A stretch of 64,000 nt of DNA from assembly GCA_965230995.1 (NCBI GenBank), contig OZ246398.1, positions 464,213 through 528,212 of the forward strand. The letters are read 5' to 3'. A program made the position numbers and the translations under genes. This document shows positions 54,629-64,000 of this stretch, one piece after another. Under the pieces are notes generated by a model that was given only the letters and a program-made list of their open reading frames with translations, did not search any database and was not told where the DNA came from. Origin of the DNA: an uncultured Candidatus Saccharibacteria bacterium. Lineage in GTDB: Bacteria > Patescibacteriota > Minisyncoccia > Phycocordibacterales > G965230995. The first letter of the stretch is position 1, and every line of letters begins with the position of its first letter.

Positions 54629-56182
54629 ATGGCTATTACAGAAATAGAGCAGATTTTTTCCGACATAAAGAAAGAGCAATTCTATGACATTTTAAAACAA
54701 AGCGATGGCAGAAACATCGCTGTCAATTCTTTTACTCACAATGTCGGTGGTTTTTATGAGAAGATAAGATACGTAGTCGATTACAAAGACGAACACAATA
54801 TTGCTCGTGACGCTGTTGCGAGAATGCTGAAGAGAATTCTAACCTATCACGATCTTGCTAGGGCGGGGGAATTGCTTTTGACCGAATTAGTCAGTGGACG
54901 TTATTTGCCAAATGATGCAGTCAGTGAAAAAAATTCCGAGATAATTCTAGCTATAGTTAAAAAATACATCTCTCTTTCAAAAGAGCTAGAAATGAACAAT
55001 GACTTTGCTATCAGGATGGCATCGTCTGAAATAGAAAGATACCTTAACCCTAGAACTTCAGAAAACCCTGTTGCTAACGCTTTTTACAATATAATCAAAA
55101 AGAAAGTCGACAGGAATCTGGGCGAATACGCTGTTGATTTTGAAATATGTCTATATATAGCGTGTAGAAAGAAAATATTTGATGAAGACGTACACGGACT
55201 TCGCTATTTCGTCTTGCTCTGGAAATTCCCAGAAATCCAGAATTACACAGAAGGGTCTCCGCTATCTCCGTCTCTAAAATCTGAAATCAAAAGAGTAATT
55301 GCAGAAATAGACAAAATAATTTCTTCACCTCTTTTAAATAGAACACTTGCAAAGCTTAGAAATGATGGAGTCTATTTTTCTCTAATTCACGAACTGGTAA
55401 AGAGATACGGCATGGGAGCCGAATTGTATTTTGCTGACCAAACTCTTCTCGAAGAAAAGATGCGAGGAATTCTTTCAGAAATGTATACGACGAGAGAAAA
55501 ATTGACCAAAAGAAGTGGTAGGCAAGCAGTGTTGTTTGTTTTGTTTACAAAGGTGATTATCGCTCTTGCCTTGGAGGTGCCTTTTGAATATTTTATATTG
55601 CATCAGATAGATTACGTCCCTCTGGGAACAAATATTCTATTTCACCCAATATTACTTATGTTTATGGTCGCGAGCGCACCAAAAGGGAGCGATAAAAATA
55701 CCGAAAATATCATAAATGGAGTCAATGCAATTCTATCCGGAGAAGCGGGCAAAAAAATATATATTTCAAGACGTGGCCCCGGAGGATTTATATCCTTCTT
55801 GTTCGGTGTATTTTACTTTGTTTTGTATGTTGCTGTTTTGGGTGCAATTATTGCAACCTTAAAGGCTATCCATTTCAATCCAGCAAGTATCGCATTGTTC
55901 CTCTTGTTCCTAGCTCTTGTTAGCTATTTTGGAATGAGAATCAGACATAAAGCAAAACTTTGGGTTGTTGATTACAAGAGAAGGGGGCTCATATCTCTCT
56001 TGTGGAATTATGCAACTTTGCCAATAGTTAGAATGGGTAGATGGTTAAACGAAAGATTTTCTACAATCAACGTCTTTGTATTTATCTTGGACTTTATTGT
56101 TGAAACACCATTCAAAATATTGCTCGGAACATTTGATAACTTTGTATCATATCTAAACGAAAAGAAAGACGAATTAGTATAA
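54629..56182 (+). CDS. Hypothetical membrane protein
   Basis: 517-aa ORF, FYEKIRY.VDYKDEH motif, C-terminal TMs. Confidence 0.75.
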   Translation: MAITEIEQIFSDIKKEQFYDILKQSDGRNIAVNSFTHNVGGFYEKIRYVVDYKDEHNIARDAVARMLKRILTYHDLARAGELLLTELVSGRYLPNDAVSEKNSEIILAIVKKYISLSKELEMNNDFAIRMASSEIERYLNPRTSENPVANAFYNIIKKKVDRNLGEYAVDFEICLYIACRKKIFDEDVHGLRYFVLLWKFPEIQNYTEGSPLSPSLKSEIKRVIAEIDKIISSPLLNRTLAKLRNDGVYFSLIHELVKRYGMGAELYFADQTLLEEKMRGILSEMYTTREKLTKRSGRQAVLFVLFTKVIIALALEVPFEYFILHQIDYVPLGTNILFHPILLMFMVASAPKGSDKNTENIINGVNAILSGEAGKKIYISRRGPGGFISFLFGVFYFVLYVAVLGAIIATLKAIHFNPASIALFLLFLALVSYFGMRIRHKAKLWVVDYKRRGLISLLWNYATLPIVRMGRWLNERFSTINVFVFILDFIVETPFKILLGTFDNFVSYLNEKKDELV

Positions 56183-56187
56183 AAAAT

Positions 56188-56964
56188 ATGGGAGTAAAAA
56201 GAACAATAATAATATTATTTCTTATTGCGATAGCAATTATTGCTTATGTTGTTTGGGAAAAGCAATATTCTATTTCTGTTGATACAGAGACTCCTCAGAA
56301 AAAGTACCAATACATAACTATTCCAGAGACACAAACCAAAGTACCTATTGATGATGTTGATTCTGATAATCTAGTATCTTTTTTTGATGCCGAAAGTAAT
56401 CGTTCTGGAATGGTTTCAATATTAAGAGATTTTCAAATTAAAAATGGAGAAAAAATTGTAGTTCCAGTAGCTGTTGATTTTGGAGGTACAGGAAAATTTC
56501 TCTATATAATTGAAAAGGATGGTTTGACCGAAAAAAATTACTTTGTTGGAGACAGGATTATTTTTGAAGGACTCTCATTCTCGGATGGAAATATTTATGC
56601 AGAATATTTGTCCAGAAAAGATGATGAACCTTTCATTGCCGAGCCGACCGTTCCCGCCTTTATTTCTATATTAGATACTATGGTGATAAATGTATTTGGT
56701 GATACAAAAGAAAATATTTTTATTGGTGATGAAAACAGTGTTATTCTAAAAGAAGATTGGTTAAAAGATGACAAAATATTTGCAGAAAATATTTTGTCTG
56801 GAGTATCTGAAAAAACACTTGAAATACAAGCAAAAAAAGTTGAAAATAAAGAAGGTTTTTTTGAGATAAAAATAGATCTTCAAAATGAAAATCCAGATTT
56901 CTACGTCGAACTTTCAAACAAAGACAAGACAAAGAAAGCTCAAATCAAAGCACTTGCAAAATAG
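56188..56964 (+). CDS. Hypothetical exported protein
   Basis: N-terminal TM; GGTG.F.Y, GDRI motifs. Confidence 0.7.
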   Translation: MGVKRTIIILFLIAIAIIAYVVWEKQYSISVDTETPQKKYQYITIPETQTKVPIDDVDSDNLVSFFDAESNRSGMVSILRDFQIKNGEKIVVPVAVDFGGTGKFLYIIEKDGLTEKNYFVGDRIIFEGLSFSDGNIYAEYLSRKDDEPFIAEPTVPAFISILDTMVINVFGDTKENIFIGDENSVILKEDWLKDDKIFAENILSGVSEKTLEIQAKKVENKEGFFEIKIDLQNENPDFYVELSNKDKTKKAQIKALAK

Positions 56965-57018
56965 TGAAAGAAAAGATATTTATATTCGTATAAATATTAC
57001 GAAGTAATTTTTAATTAT

Positions 57019-58308
57019 ATGAGTATCAAAAATTTCATAATTCAAAATAAAAAAACAATCATAACTCAGGTAGTAATAACTTTTGTGGTTGTAGCTCTTT
57101 GTTTCTTGGCAATTTTTGCATTTTTGCAAAATAATATGGACAAGGTGATTTCTTTTGTTGCGCAAAATTACGAGGAAAATATCAAAGAAGACGAATCTGA
57201 AAATATACAGGAAACTTCTATTAAAACAGACGAACCTATTTCTTCATCACCAGTTTTTATGAGCGAGGAGTCAAAAGTAGTAAACTTGGTTAAAAAAGCT
57301 GACCCAGCTGTCGTATCAATCGTTGTTTCTAAAGACGTTCCAATATTAGAAAAATATTATTCTAATCCGTTTGGTGATTTGTGGGGTGATAATTTCTTTA
57401 GTATTCCACAATACAGACAAAATGGCACAGAAAAAAAACAAGTCGGTGCTGGTTCAGGATTTATTGTCTCTGCCGATGGTTTGGTTGTAACAAATAGACA
57501 TGTAGTGTCTGATGAATCAGCAAGCTATACGCTTTATACCAACGAAGGAAAATCTTATGATGTCGAAGTTGTTGCAAGAGACACATATCTTGATTTGGCG
57601 ATACTCAGAATTAAAGGAGGAAAGGACTTCCCGTATCTTTCTTTTGCTGATTCCGACAAAATTTTGCTTGGGCAAACTGTTGTTGCTATAGGAAACGCTC
57701 TGGGGGAATTTAGAAATTCTGTTTCTGTTGGAGTGGTGTCTGGATTATCTAGATCAATTACAGCAGGCGACGGACAAGGCAATAGCGAAGTTCTAGAAAG
57801 GGTAATCCAAACAGACGCTGCAATTAATCATGGAAATTCAGGCGGGCCTCTGCTTGATATAAACGGAAAGGTGATCGGTGTAAATGTAGCAGTTGCCGAG
57901 GGTTCAGAAAATATCGGTTTTGCTCTTCCTGGAAATGCAATTAAAAATGCGCTTGAATCAGTAAAAAAGACAGGTCAAATAGTCAGACCATATTTAGGTG
58001 TTAGATATTTGCAAATCACAGATGAATTAAAAGAGAAAAATAATATTCCAGTTGACTATGGTGTAATTGTAACAAAAGGTAAAACCGATTCAGAATTAGC
58101 AGTTATACCGGGTTCTCCTGCTGACAAAGCTGGTGTGCTTGAAAACGATATAATCCTAACGATAGATGGACAAAAAATCGACCAGGATCGAAGCCTTACA
58201 TCAATAATACAAAGTAAAAAAGTGGGAGATAGGGTAGAACTTAGAATTATGAGGAAAGGTTCGGCCATTTCTCTCTATGCTGTTCTCGAAAAAAGTAACA
58301 TAAAATAA
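57019..58308 (+). CDS. htrA: HtrA/DegP serine protease with PDZ
   Basis: GSGFIV, TNRHVV, DLAIL, IQTDAAIN.GNSGGPL, GSPADKAG. Confidence 0.92.
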   Translation: MSIKNFIIQNKKTIITQVVITFVVVALCFLAIFAFLQNNMDKVISFVAQNYEENIKEDESENIQETSIKTDEPISSSPVFMSEESKVVNLVKKADPAVVSIVVSKDVPILEKYYSNPFGDLWGDNFFSIPQYRQNGTEKKQVGAGSGFIVSADGLVVTNRHVVSDESASYTLYTNEGKSYDVEVVARDTYLDLAILRIKGGKDFPYLSFADSDKILLGQTVVAIGNALGEFRNSVSVGVVSGLSRSITAGDGQGNSEVLERVIQTDAAINHGNSGGPLLDINGKVIGVNVAVAEGSENIGFALPGNAIKNALESVKKTGQIVRPYLGVRYLQITDELKEKNNIPVDYGVIVTKGKTDSELAVIPGSPADKAGVLENDIILTIDGQKIDQDRSLTSIIQSKKVGDRVELRIMRKGSAISLYAVLEKSNIK

Positions 58309-58344
58309 TTTCTCTATAGGCTTATATTGATGTATAATAGTGTA

Positions 58345-58824
58345 ATGGAAATAGCACTGCCAGTAATTGTATTTTTGTTGTTTGCAATCTCGCTCATTGG
58401 AATATTTTTGCCTTTTGTACCCGGACTTGCTTTGGCATGGATTGGATTCATTATCTTTGTTCTCTCGAAAGGGGTATTTTTGGCTCATATTTGGTGGATT
58501 ATTTTGCTTACACTACTTACGATAATTGCACTGCTATCAGATACGATATTTTCGCTCGTAGGGGCAAAAGCATACAATTCTAGCAAATATGGCATAATCG
58601 GCGGATTTTGCGGTTTTATTTTAGGATTCTTTGTAATGCCACCAGTTGGAATAATTATCCTGCCATTTGTCGGTATATATCTCGGAGAGATCTTTTCTGG
58701 TAAGGATTCTAAACAAGCAACAAAAGCAATTTGGGGTGCTTTAATTGGGATGCTTGTATCCGTTGGTCTGAAGGTTCTTGTGTGGTGTATGCTTTTGATA
58801 GCGCTTTTACTTCTTATTTTCTAA
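58345..58824 (+). CDS. DUF456 membrane protein
   Basis: G..LP..PG..L, GAK....SK.G..GG, PF.G...GE. Confidence 0.82.
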   Translation: MEIALPVIVFLLFAISLIGIFLPFVPGLALAWIGFIIFVLSKGVFLAHIWWIILLTLLTIIALLSDTIFSLVGAKAYNSSKYGIIGGFCGFILGFFVMPPVGIIILPFVGIYLGEIFSGKDSKQATKAIWGALIGMLVSVGLKVLVWCMLLIALLLLIF

Positions 58825-58827
58825 AAA

Positions 58828-59388
58828 ATGAACGAGGCTATATTTTTAAAAGGGGTTTTAGGCGACGACCCTGTGCTTGAAAGAGGTTTTCCTGAAATTG
58901 CCTTTTTTGGTAGATCAAATGTTGGGAAATCTTCATTAATTAATGCTGTACTAGGAAAAAAAGATTTAGCAAGATCAAGCAATAAACCAGGAAAGACGCT
59001 TGAGCTTAATGTTTATGAAGTAAACAGAAAAAAACTTTTTCTGGATTTTCCGGGTTTTGGTTATGCAAAGACTTCGATAGAAAAAAGAGAAAAAATTAGA
59101 TCGCTTGTAATCTGGTATCTTTCAACCAGAAAGGAAAAAAATACGATTTCAGTTCTCGTAATTGATTCAAAAGCAGGAATTACAGAGACTGACACAGAAC
59201 TTCTAGAAATAGCCACAAAAGAGAATATAAAAATAATAATTGTTTGCAATAAAATAGACAAACTAAACCAAAAAGAGAAAGCTCTTTTAAAAAAACAAAT
59301 TGATACAGTGGTGAAAGATTTACCGGTCCATTTCGTCTCTGTAAAAGACAGTATTGGAATAACAGAATTAAAAGAAATTTTAATATAA
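58828..59388 (+). CDS. engB: Ribosome biogenesis GTPase EngB/YihA
   Basis: EIAFFGRSNVGKSSLIN, S.KPGKT, DFPGFGYA, NKIDK. Confidence 0.93.
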   Translation: MNEAIFLKGVLGDDPVLERGFPEIAFFGRSNVGKSSLINAVLGKKDLARSSNKPGKTLELNVYEVNRKKLFLDFPGFGYAKTSIEKREKIRSLVIWYLSTRKEKNTISVLVIDSKAGITETDTELLEIATKENIKIIIVCNKIDKLNQKEKALLKKQIDTVVKDLPVHFVSVKDSIGITELKEILI

Positions 59389-59392
59389 AAAA

Positions 59393-59605
59393 ATGGAAAA
59401 AAGACTTTATAGAAGCAGAAAAAACAAGGTTATATTCGGACTCGTTGGCGGTCTTGCGCAGTATTTCAATATAGATGCCTCACTTTTGCGTGTTTTGTGG
59501 TTAATTTTTACATTTCTCGGTATAGGAGGTCTATTTATCGTCTATATAATTGCTTATTTTGTCGTCCCGCTTGAGCCGGAGATGACAAACACCGAAAACA
59601 AATAG
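59393..59605 (+). CDS. PspC domain protein
   Basis: KRLYRS..NKVI.G..GGLA.YF.ID...LR. Confidence 0.9.
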   Translation: MEKRLYRSRKNKVIFGLVGGLAQYFNIDASLLRVLWLIFTFLGIGGLFIVYIIAYFVVPLEPEMTNTENK

Positions 59606-59679
59606 CAATTAAAATCGCTTTTTGTCCAGTGCTTTAATGTGATAGAATAGTTGTATTAATAACCTAATGATTTTTCGGT

Positions 59680-60189
59680 ATGGAAGAAGCATTTAACAAG
59701 ACGACCGTAAGCTATTTTGCAGCGGGATTGGTGATTGGTTTTATTGTGGGTTTTTTAGTAACTGGTGATGAGGGGAAAGAAGCAAAATATTTTGAGGACG
59801 AAAAAACACCGCAGGCTATTTCCGATGATACAGTATTAATTCCTAACCAAGAAAACAGAACGCTTTCAAAAGACATAGTTTTACGAGCAGAAGATCAAAA
59901 AGCCGGAGTGGCTGTGACAGTTGCCGAAGTAAATGTTCCATCAGTGAGCTGGATTGCGATAAGGGAAGATAAAAATGGTGAACTTTCGTGGATACTTGGC
60001 GCTAGAAAACTTGCTTCGGGAGTACACAAAGATGTTTATGTTCCTCTCCAAAGATCAACAACAGCCGGAATGTTATATCATGTAGTTGTCTATGAAGACG
60101 ACGGTGATAATATATTTGATTACAAAGCAGATAATCTAGTTTCTCTAGAAAACGGAAAATTTCTCACAGAAGATTTTAGAACGTTATAA
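59680..60189 (+). CDS. Hypothetical exported protein
   Basis: N-terminal TM; DQ.AG..V.V...WIAI.E...ILGA...DDGD..FD. Confidence 0.7.
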   Translation: MEEAFNKTTVSYFAAGLVIGFIVGFLVTGDEGKEAKYFEDEKTPQAISDDTVLIPNQENRTLSKDIVLRAEDQKAGVAVTVAEVNVPSVSWIAIREDKNGELSWILGARKLASGVHKDVYVPLQRSTTAGMLYHVVVYEDDGDNIFDYKADNLVSLENGKFLTEDFRTL

Positions 60190-60195
60190 CAAAAT

Positions 60196-60894
60196 ATGAA
60201 AAAACAAAGGAGGCTTGCGATATTCGATATTGACGGGACTCTTGTAAGGGGGAGCCTCCTTATTTCTTTGATTGAAGGCCTGATTGAAGAAGGTGTTTTT
60301 CCATTGTCAGCGAGAAAGATTTTTTCAAAAGAAAAAGCATTATGGGAGACGAGAAAGGGTACGTATTCTGATTATATAGAATGCGTAATTGATTCTTTTT
60401 TGATGAATATCAAGGGTGTTTCTTATGAGGATGTGTTGGCTGTATCTAAAAAAGTAGCAAAAGAAAACAAAGACAAAGTCTATATTTATACAAAAAGTCT
60501 AATTTTTGATCTAAAAAAGAAAGGCTATTATGTTCTCGCAATCTCTAATTCACCCAAAATTATTTTGGATATTTTTTGCAAAGACTACGGTTTTGATAAG
60601 ATATACGGACGTTTTTATGAAATCGGCCCAAATGACAGATTTACAGGTGAAATTACCGATTTACATTTAATTGGAAACAAAGCAAATATTGTTAAAAGAG
60701 TTCTCGAAAAAGAAGGATTGTCTCTGGATGGTTCAATAGGTGTCGGTGATACCGAAAGTGACATACCATTTTTGGAATTAGTTAGTGAACCAATTTGTTT
60801 TAACCCAAACAGCGGTTTGTATAAACACGCTCGCAGACAAAAATGGAAAATTTTTGTCGAAAGAAAAGATATGATATATGATATATCGAAATGA
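60196..60894 (+). CDS. HAD-IB family hydrolase
   Basis: AIFDIDGTL, ISNSP, K, GDTESD..L..V..P.CFNP. Confidence 0.9.
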   Translation: MKKQRRLAIFDIDGTLVRGSLLISLIEGLIEEGVFPLSARKIFSKEKALWETRKGTYSDYIECVIDSFLMNIKGVSYEDVLAVSKKVAKENKDKVYIYTKSLIFDLKKKGYYVLAISNSPKIILDIFCKDYGFDKIYGRFYEIGPNDRFTGEITDLHLIGNKANIVKRVLEKEGLSLDGSIGVGDTESDIPFLELVSEPICFNPNSGLYKHARRQKWKIFVERKDMIYDISK

Positions 60895-61460
60895 GTAAAA
60901 GATTTTTTACTTTAGATTATATATTTTTGTACATTTGTCTCATTTTAATTTTGTGGATGTATCTTAGTTATTGTGCTGTAAATGATATTCCACGAGATAA
61001 TATGTCGATTGAAAGGATTTCTGGAGCCTTGGAAGTCCGCGATTACAAAAAAGGCAATATAATCGGTAAAGAAATAGTTTTCTCTAATTTTGGTTTTTGG
61101 TCTGAAGTAAAAAAAGTCAAAAAAGAGCTTTCAGAAAACGGAATAAAATTAGTTGAGTATCCATACTATTTGTATTTTGCTAAAGATGGAAAAACAAGCG
61201 TCTATTTTTATTCTGAAGAAACAACCAAATACCCAGATGGATTTGAAGTTTTAGGAAATCTTGAAGACACTGCTTATGTGGGGTTTAACTGGTATCCAAC
61301 AGAAAATAATCAAAAAAAGACTTTAGAAAAAATAGACAGAATATTAGGATCCTCTTCAATTGGTTACGACAAAAATGGATATTGGGTAGAAGTGGTTGCT
61401 CCGCCATATATCATTCCATTTATGGCACATAATGGTGTTTTTGTACCTATGAAAAAATGA
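60891..61460 (+). CDS. Hypothetical membrane-anchored protein
   Basis: N-terminal TM; ATGA overlap with the upstream gene. Confidence 0.65.
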   Translation: MSKRFFTLDYIFLYICLILILWMYLSYCAVNDIPRDNMSIERISGALEVRDYKKGNIIGKEIVFSNFGFWSEVKKVKKELSENGIKLVEYPYYLYFAKDGKTSVYFYSEETTKYPDGFEVLGNLEDTAYVGFNWYPTENNQKKTLEKIDRILGSSSIGYDKNGYWVEVVAPPYIIPFMAHNGVFVPMKK

Positions 61461-61506
61461 TTGTTGTTGTGCTATAATATTTTCATAACAACGTAATTTT
61501 CTTTTT

Positions 61507-62409
61507 ATGCAAATTGGATATGTCGGGCTCGGTAAAATGGGTCTAAATATGTGTCTTAGGTTAAAAGAGAGGGGAAATGATGTTATTGCTTTTAACCGTG
61601 GTGAAGAAGGTAGAATAGAAGCCAGAAATCAGGGGCTTTTTGTTGCGGATTCACTGGAAGAAATGGTGTCTAAACTTTCTGTTCCTAGAACAGTTTTTGT
61701 GATGGTTAGTCATGCTGGTGTTGAAGAAGTTGTACAGAAACTTCTGCCTCTTTTATCAAAGGGGGATACAATAATAGATGGTGGAAATACAAAATATACA
61801 GACACAAAACGTAGAGCGGTAGATATCGCAAATGCTGGTATAAGATTTCTTGATGCTGGAGTGTCAAACGGACCGGGTGGTGCGAGAAATGGCGCTTGCG
61901 TTATGGTTGGTGGAGAGAGGGATGTTTATATGGAATACATAAAGCTCTTTGAGGATATTTCTGTACCAGATGGATATGGATATATGGGCAAAAGTGGAGC
62001 AGGACATTTTGTAAAAATGGTTCACAACGGTATTGAATACGGAATAATGCAGGCTATAGCCGAAGGTTTTGCTGTGATGAATAATTCTGATTATAAACTA
62101 GACCTAAAAGAAGTAGTCAGAGTATATCAGCATAAGAGTGTTATTGAATCTAGACTGGTAGGCTGGTTAGGGAGTGCCTACGATAAACATGGCCAGGATC
62201 TCGAAGGTATTTCCGGTGAAGTGTCCCATAGCGGTGAGGGGCAATGGACAGTCGAGACTGCAAAAGAAATGGGTATATCAGTTCCTGTAATCGAAGGTTC
62301 TTTTAAATTCAGGGTAGACTCAAAAGGTAACCCGAGCTATACAGGAAAAATTGTTTCAGCCTTGAGAAATGAATTCGGCGGACATGATGTAACAGAAAAG
62401 AAAATATGA
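61507..62409 (+). CDS. gnd: Short-chain decarboxylating 6-phosphogluconate dehydrogenase
   Basis: GLGKMG, IDGGN, GHFVKMVHNGIEYG, SGEGQWT, LRNEFGGH. Confidence 0.93.
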   Translation: MQIGYVGLGKMGLNMCLRLKERGNDVIAFNRGEEGRIEARNQGLFVADSLEEMVSKLSVPRTVFVMVSHAGVEEVVQKLLPLLSKGDTIIDGGNTKYTDTKRRAVDIANAGIRFLDAGVSNGPGGARNGACVMVGGERDVYMEYIKLFEDISVPDGYGYMGKSGAGHFVKMVHNGIEYGIMQAIAEGFAVMNNSDYKLDLKEVVRVYQHKSVIESRLVGWLGSAYDKHGQDLEGISGEVSHSGEGQWTVETAKEMGISVPVIEGSFKFRVDSKGNPSYTGKIVSALRNEFGGHDVTEKKI

Positions 62410-63665
62410 AGTACGAAATTTTTGGAGAGACGAAAACTAAAATAGACGAAAATTATCTCGCTTTTCTAAAGACAAGAGTCAAAGAAAAAAAGTTTGAGAT
62501 TGGCGAGGATTCTTTAAACGCAGTCTTTGATTCTGAAAATATTGATACTGTATTTGATATAACAGAAAAATTTAACACACCAGAATTAAGCCATATATTT
62601 GTTGTTGGAATCGGCGGTTCTTCGCTTGGTTCAAAAGCTGTCTATGGTGCATATTTTGGAAAAAACGATAGCGACCAAAAAAGAAAAATATTCTGGCTCG
62701 AAAGTGTAGATGCAGATTTAATTAAACAAGCAGAAAAAACTATTGGCTCATTATCTTCAAAAAATAATCTAGCAATAATAATTGCGAGCAAATCTGGAGC
62801 CACAACAGAAACTCTTGCGAATGCCGGAATAGTTTTGTCGTTTTGCGAGAAAAAATGGGGAGATGTCAGCGATAGGATTGTTGTTATAACAGATGCTAAT
62901 ACCACATTACACAAATGGGCAGAAGAAAACAGTGTCGAATTTGTTTTAAATAAGAAAAGCATTGGCGGAAGATATTCTGTATTTTCACCTTTTGGTTTGT
63001 TGCCTCTGTCACTTGCGGGTTTTCCAGTTAGAGATTTTATCTCTGGTGGTATTGATGCGGTTGATCAAGTCGGCGTAGATAATTTTTCTTCTGTGTTTGC
63101 TAATTCAGTTTTTAATTCATATGAAGAAGGAACAAATATTGTAGATTTCTTTGTCTTTTCATTGAGATATAACAGTTTGGGACTGTGGTATAGACAGTTG
63201 CTTTCAGAGAGTCTCGGGAAAGATAGAGACATAGATAATAATAAAATCAAGAAAGGCATATTACCAACGGTATCAGTTGGTACGGATGATTTACATTCAG
63301 TCCTTCAGTTATATCTATCAGATTCTGGAAAAAGATTTACTATATTCATTAAACACTTAACAGATTTTGATTATAAAATTGAAGCACATTCGATATTCAA
63401 AAAATATCCATTTTTGTCTGGAAAAAATACCAGCGAAATAAAAAATGCAATATTTAACAGTGTTCTCGATTCGTACAAGGACGAAAAATTACCATTTATA
63501 AATATTGATTTAGACAAGGAAAATATTGCAAAAGATTTGGGATATTTTATGCAATCAATTATGATTTCAACAATGATGCTTGCTCATATGATGAAAGTAA
63601 ATGCATTCAATCAACCGAAAGTGGAAAATTACAAAAACGTGACAAGAAAAATTCTGGAAAAATAA
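62406..63665 (+). CDS. pgi: Glucose-6-phosphate isomerase
   Basis: VGIGGSSLG, ASKSGATTET, IGGRYSV, QLLSESLGK, DLHS..Q, FNQPKVE.YK. Confidence 0.92.
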   Translation: MKYEIFGETKTKIDENYLAFLKTRVKEKKFEIGEDSLNAVFDSENIDTVFDITEKFNTPELSHIFVVGIGGSSLGSKAVYGAYFGKNDSDQKRKIFWLESVDADLIKQAEKTIGSLSSKNNLAIIIASKSGATTETLANAGIVLSFCEKKWGDVSDRIVVITDANTTLHKWAEENSVEFVLNKKSIGGRYSVFSPFGLLPLSLAGFPVRDFISGGIDAVDQVGVDNFSSVFANSVFNSYEEGTNIVDFFVFSLRYNSLGLWYRQLLSESLGKDRDIDNNKIKKGILPTVSVGTDDLHSVLQLYLSDSGKRFTIFIKHLTDFDYKIEAHSIFKKYPFLSGKNTSEIKNAIFNSVLDSYKDEKLPFINIDLDKENIAKDLGYFMQSIMISTMMLAHMMKVNAFNQPKVENYKNVTRKILEK

Positions 63666-63666
63666 T

Positions 63667-64000
63667 ATGAAAATAGTCTGCGATATTGGTGGAACGAAAA
63701 CAAGAATTGCAAAATCAATCAACAATGAACTTGGTGATATATTTGTTTTTGATACACCTCAAAAATATGAGGGTGGTTTAAATGAAATTATAAAATACAT
63801 AAAAAAATATTCTGATTGTGATTCAGTTGTAATTGGAATTGCAGGAAATATTGACAAGACGAATAATACTCTTGTTTTTAGCCCTAATTTACCACAGTGG
63901 GTTGGAAAAAATATTATTTTAGATATTAAAAAAGAAATTAATGCAGACAACGTAAAGATTGAAAATGATACTGCTCTGGCCGGTTTGGGAGAAGCAGAAT
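63667..64000 (+). CDS. ROK-family sugar kinase (partial, runs off the window)
   Basis: MKIVCDIGGTKTRIA...GIAG.ID...SPNLP.W...IENDTALAGLGEA. Confidence 0.85.
   Translation, partial: MKIVCDIGGTKTRIAKSINNELGDIFVFDTPQKYEGGLNEIIKYIKKYSDCDSVVIGIAGNIDKTNNTLVFSPNLPQWVGKNIILDIKKEINADNVKIENDTALAGLGEAE

Noticed and set aside
793-63950. Numerous 60-230 aa antisense or alternate-frame ORFs inside long genes
   Set aside because: Shadow ORFs of well-supported genes, with no recognisable motifs.

Overview
AT-rich bacterial chromosome segment whose gene content and style point to a Patescibacteria (CPR, probably Parcubacteria) genome: short IF2, short gnd/pgi, TM-anchored Clp ATPase, short or absent leaders without Shine-Dalgarno, tRNAs lacking encoded CCA, and TGA used as stop (code 11). 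The backbone carries rbfA, infB, iscS, clpB, alr, miaA, parB, relA/spoT, topA, dprA, dus, dnaX, Pif1 helicase, nrdD-nrdG-iscU, htrA, engB, gnd and pgi, plus seven tRNA genes. Three accessory layers stand out. (1) Five tRNA genes are flanked by direct and/or inverted copies of their own ends, interrupted by small palindromic modules, some shared between different tRNAs; at tRNA-Gln a small GIY-YIG nuclease gene sits inside such a duplication. (2) A tRNA-Gln-linked island encodes a MazG-like pyrophosphatase and a GIY-YIG/DUF2075 helicase fused to an apparently intact LexA/UmuD-type self-cleaving S24 domain. (3) About ten GC-rich orphan transcription units, typically with their own sigma70 promoter, SD and terminator, are scattered between housekeeping genes, including a candidate structured ncRNA. 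Several degenerate paralogs (SerRS-like, HtrA-like, Clp AAA1) are also present. All family assignments are from motif recognition by eye; no searches were run.
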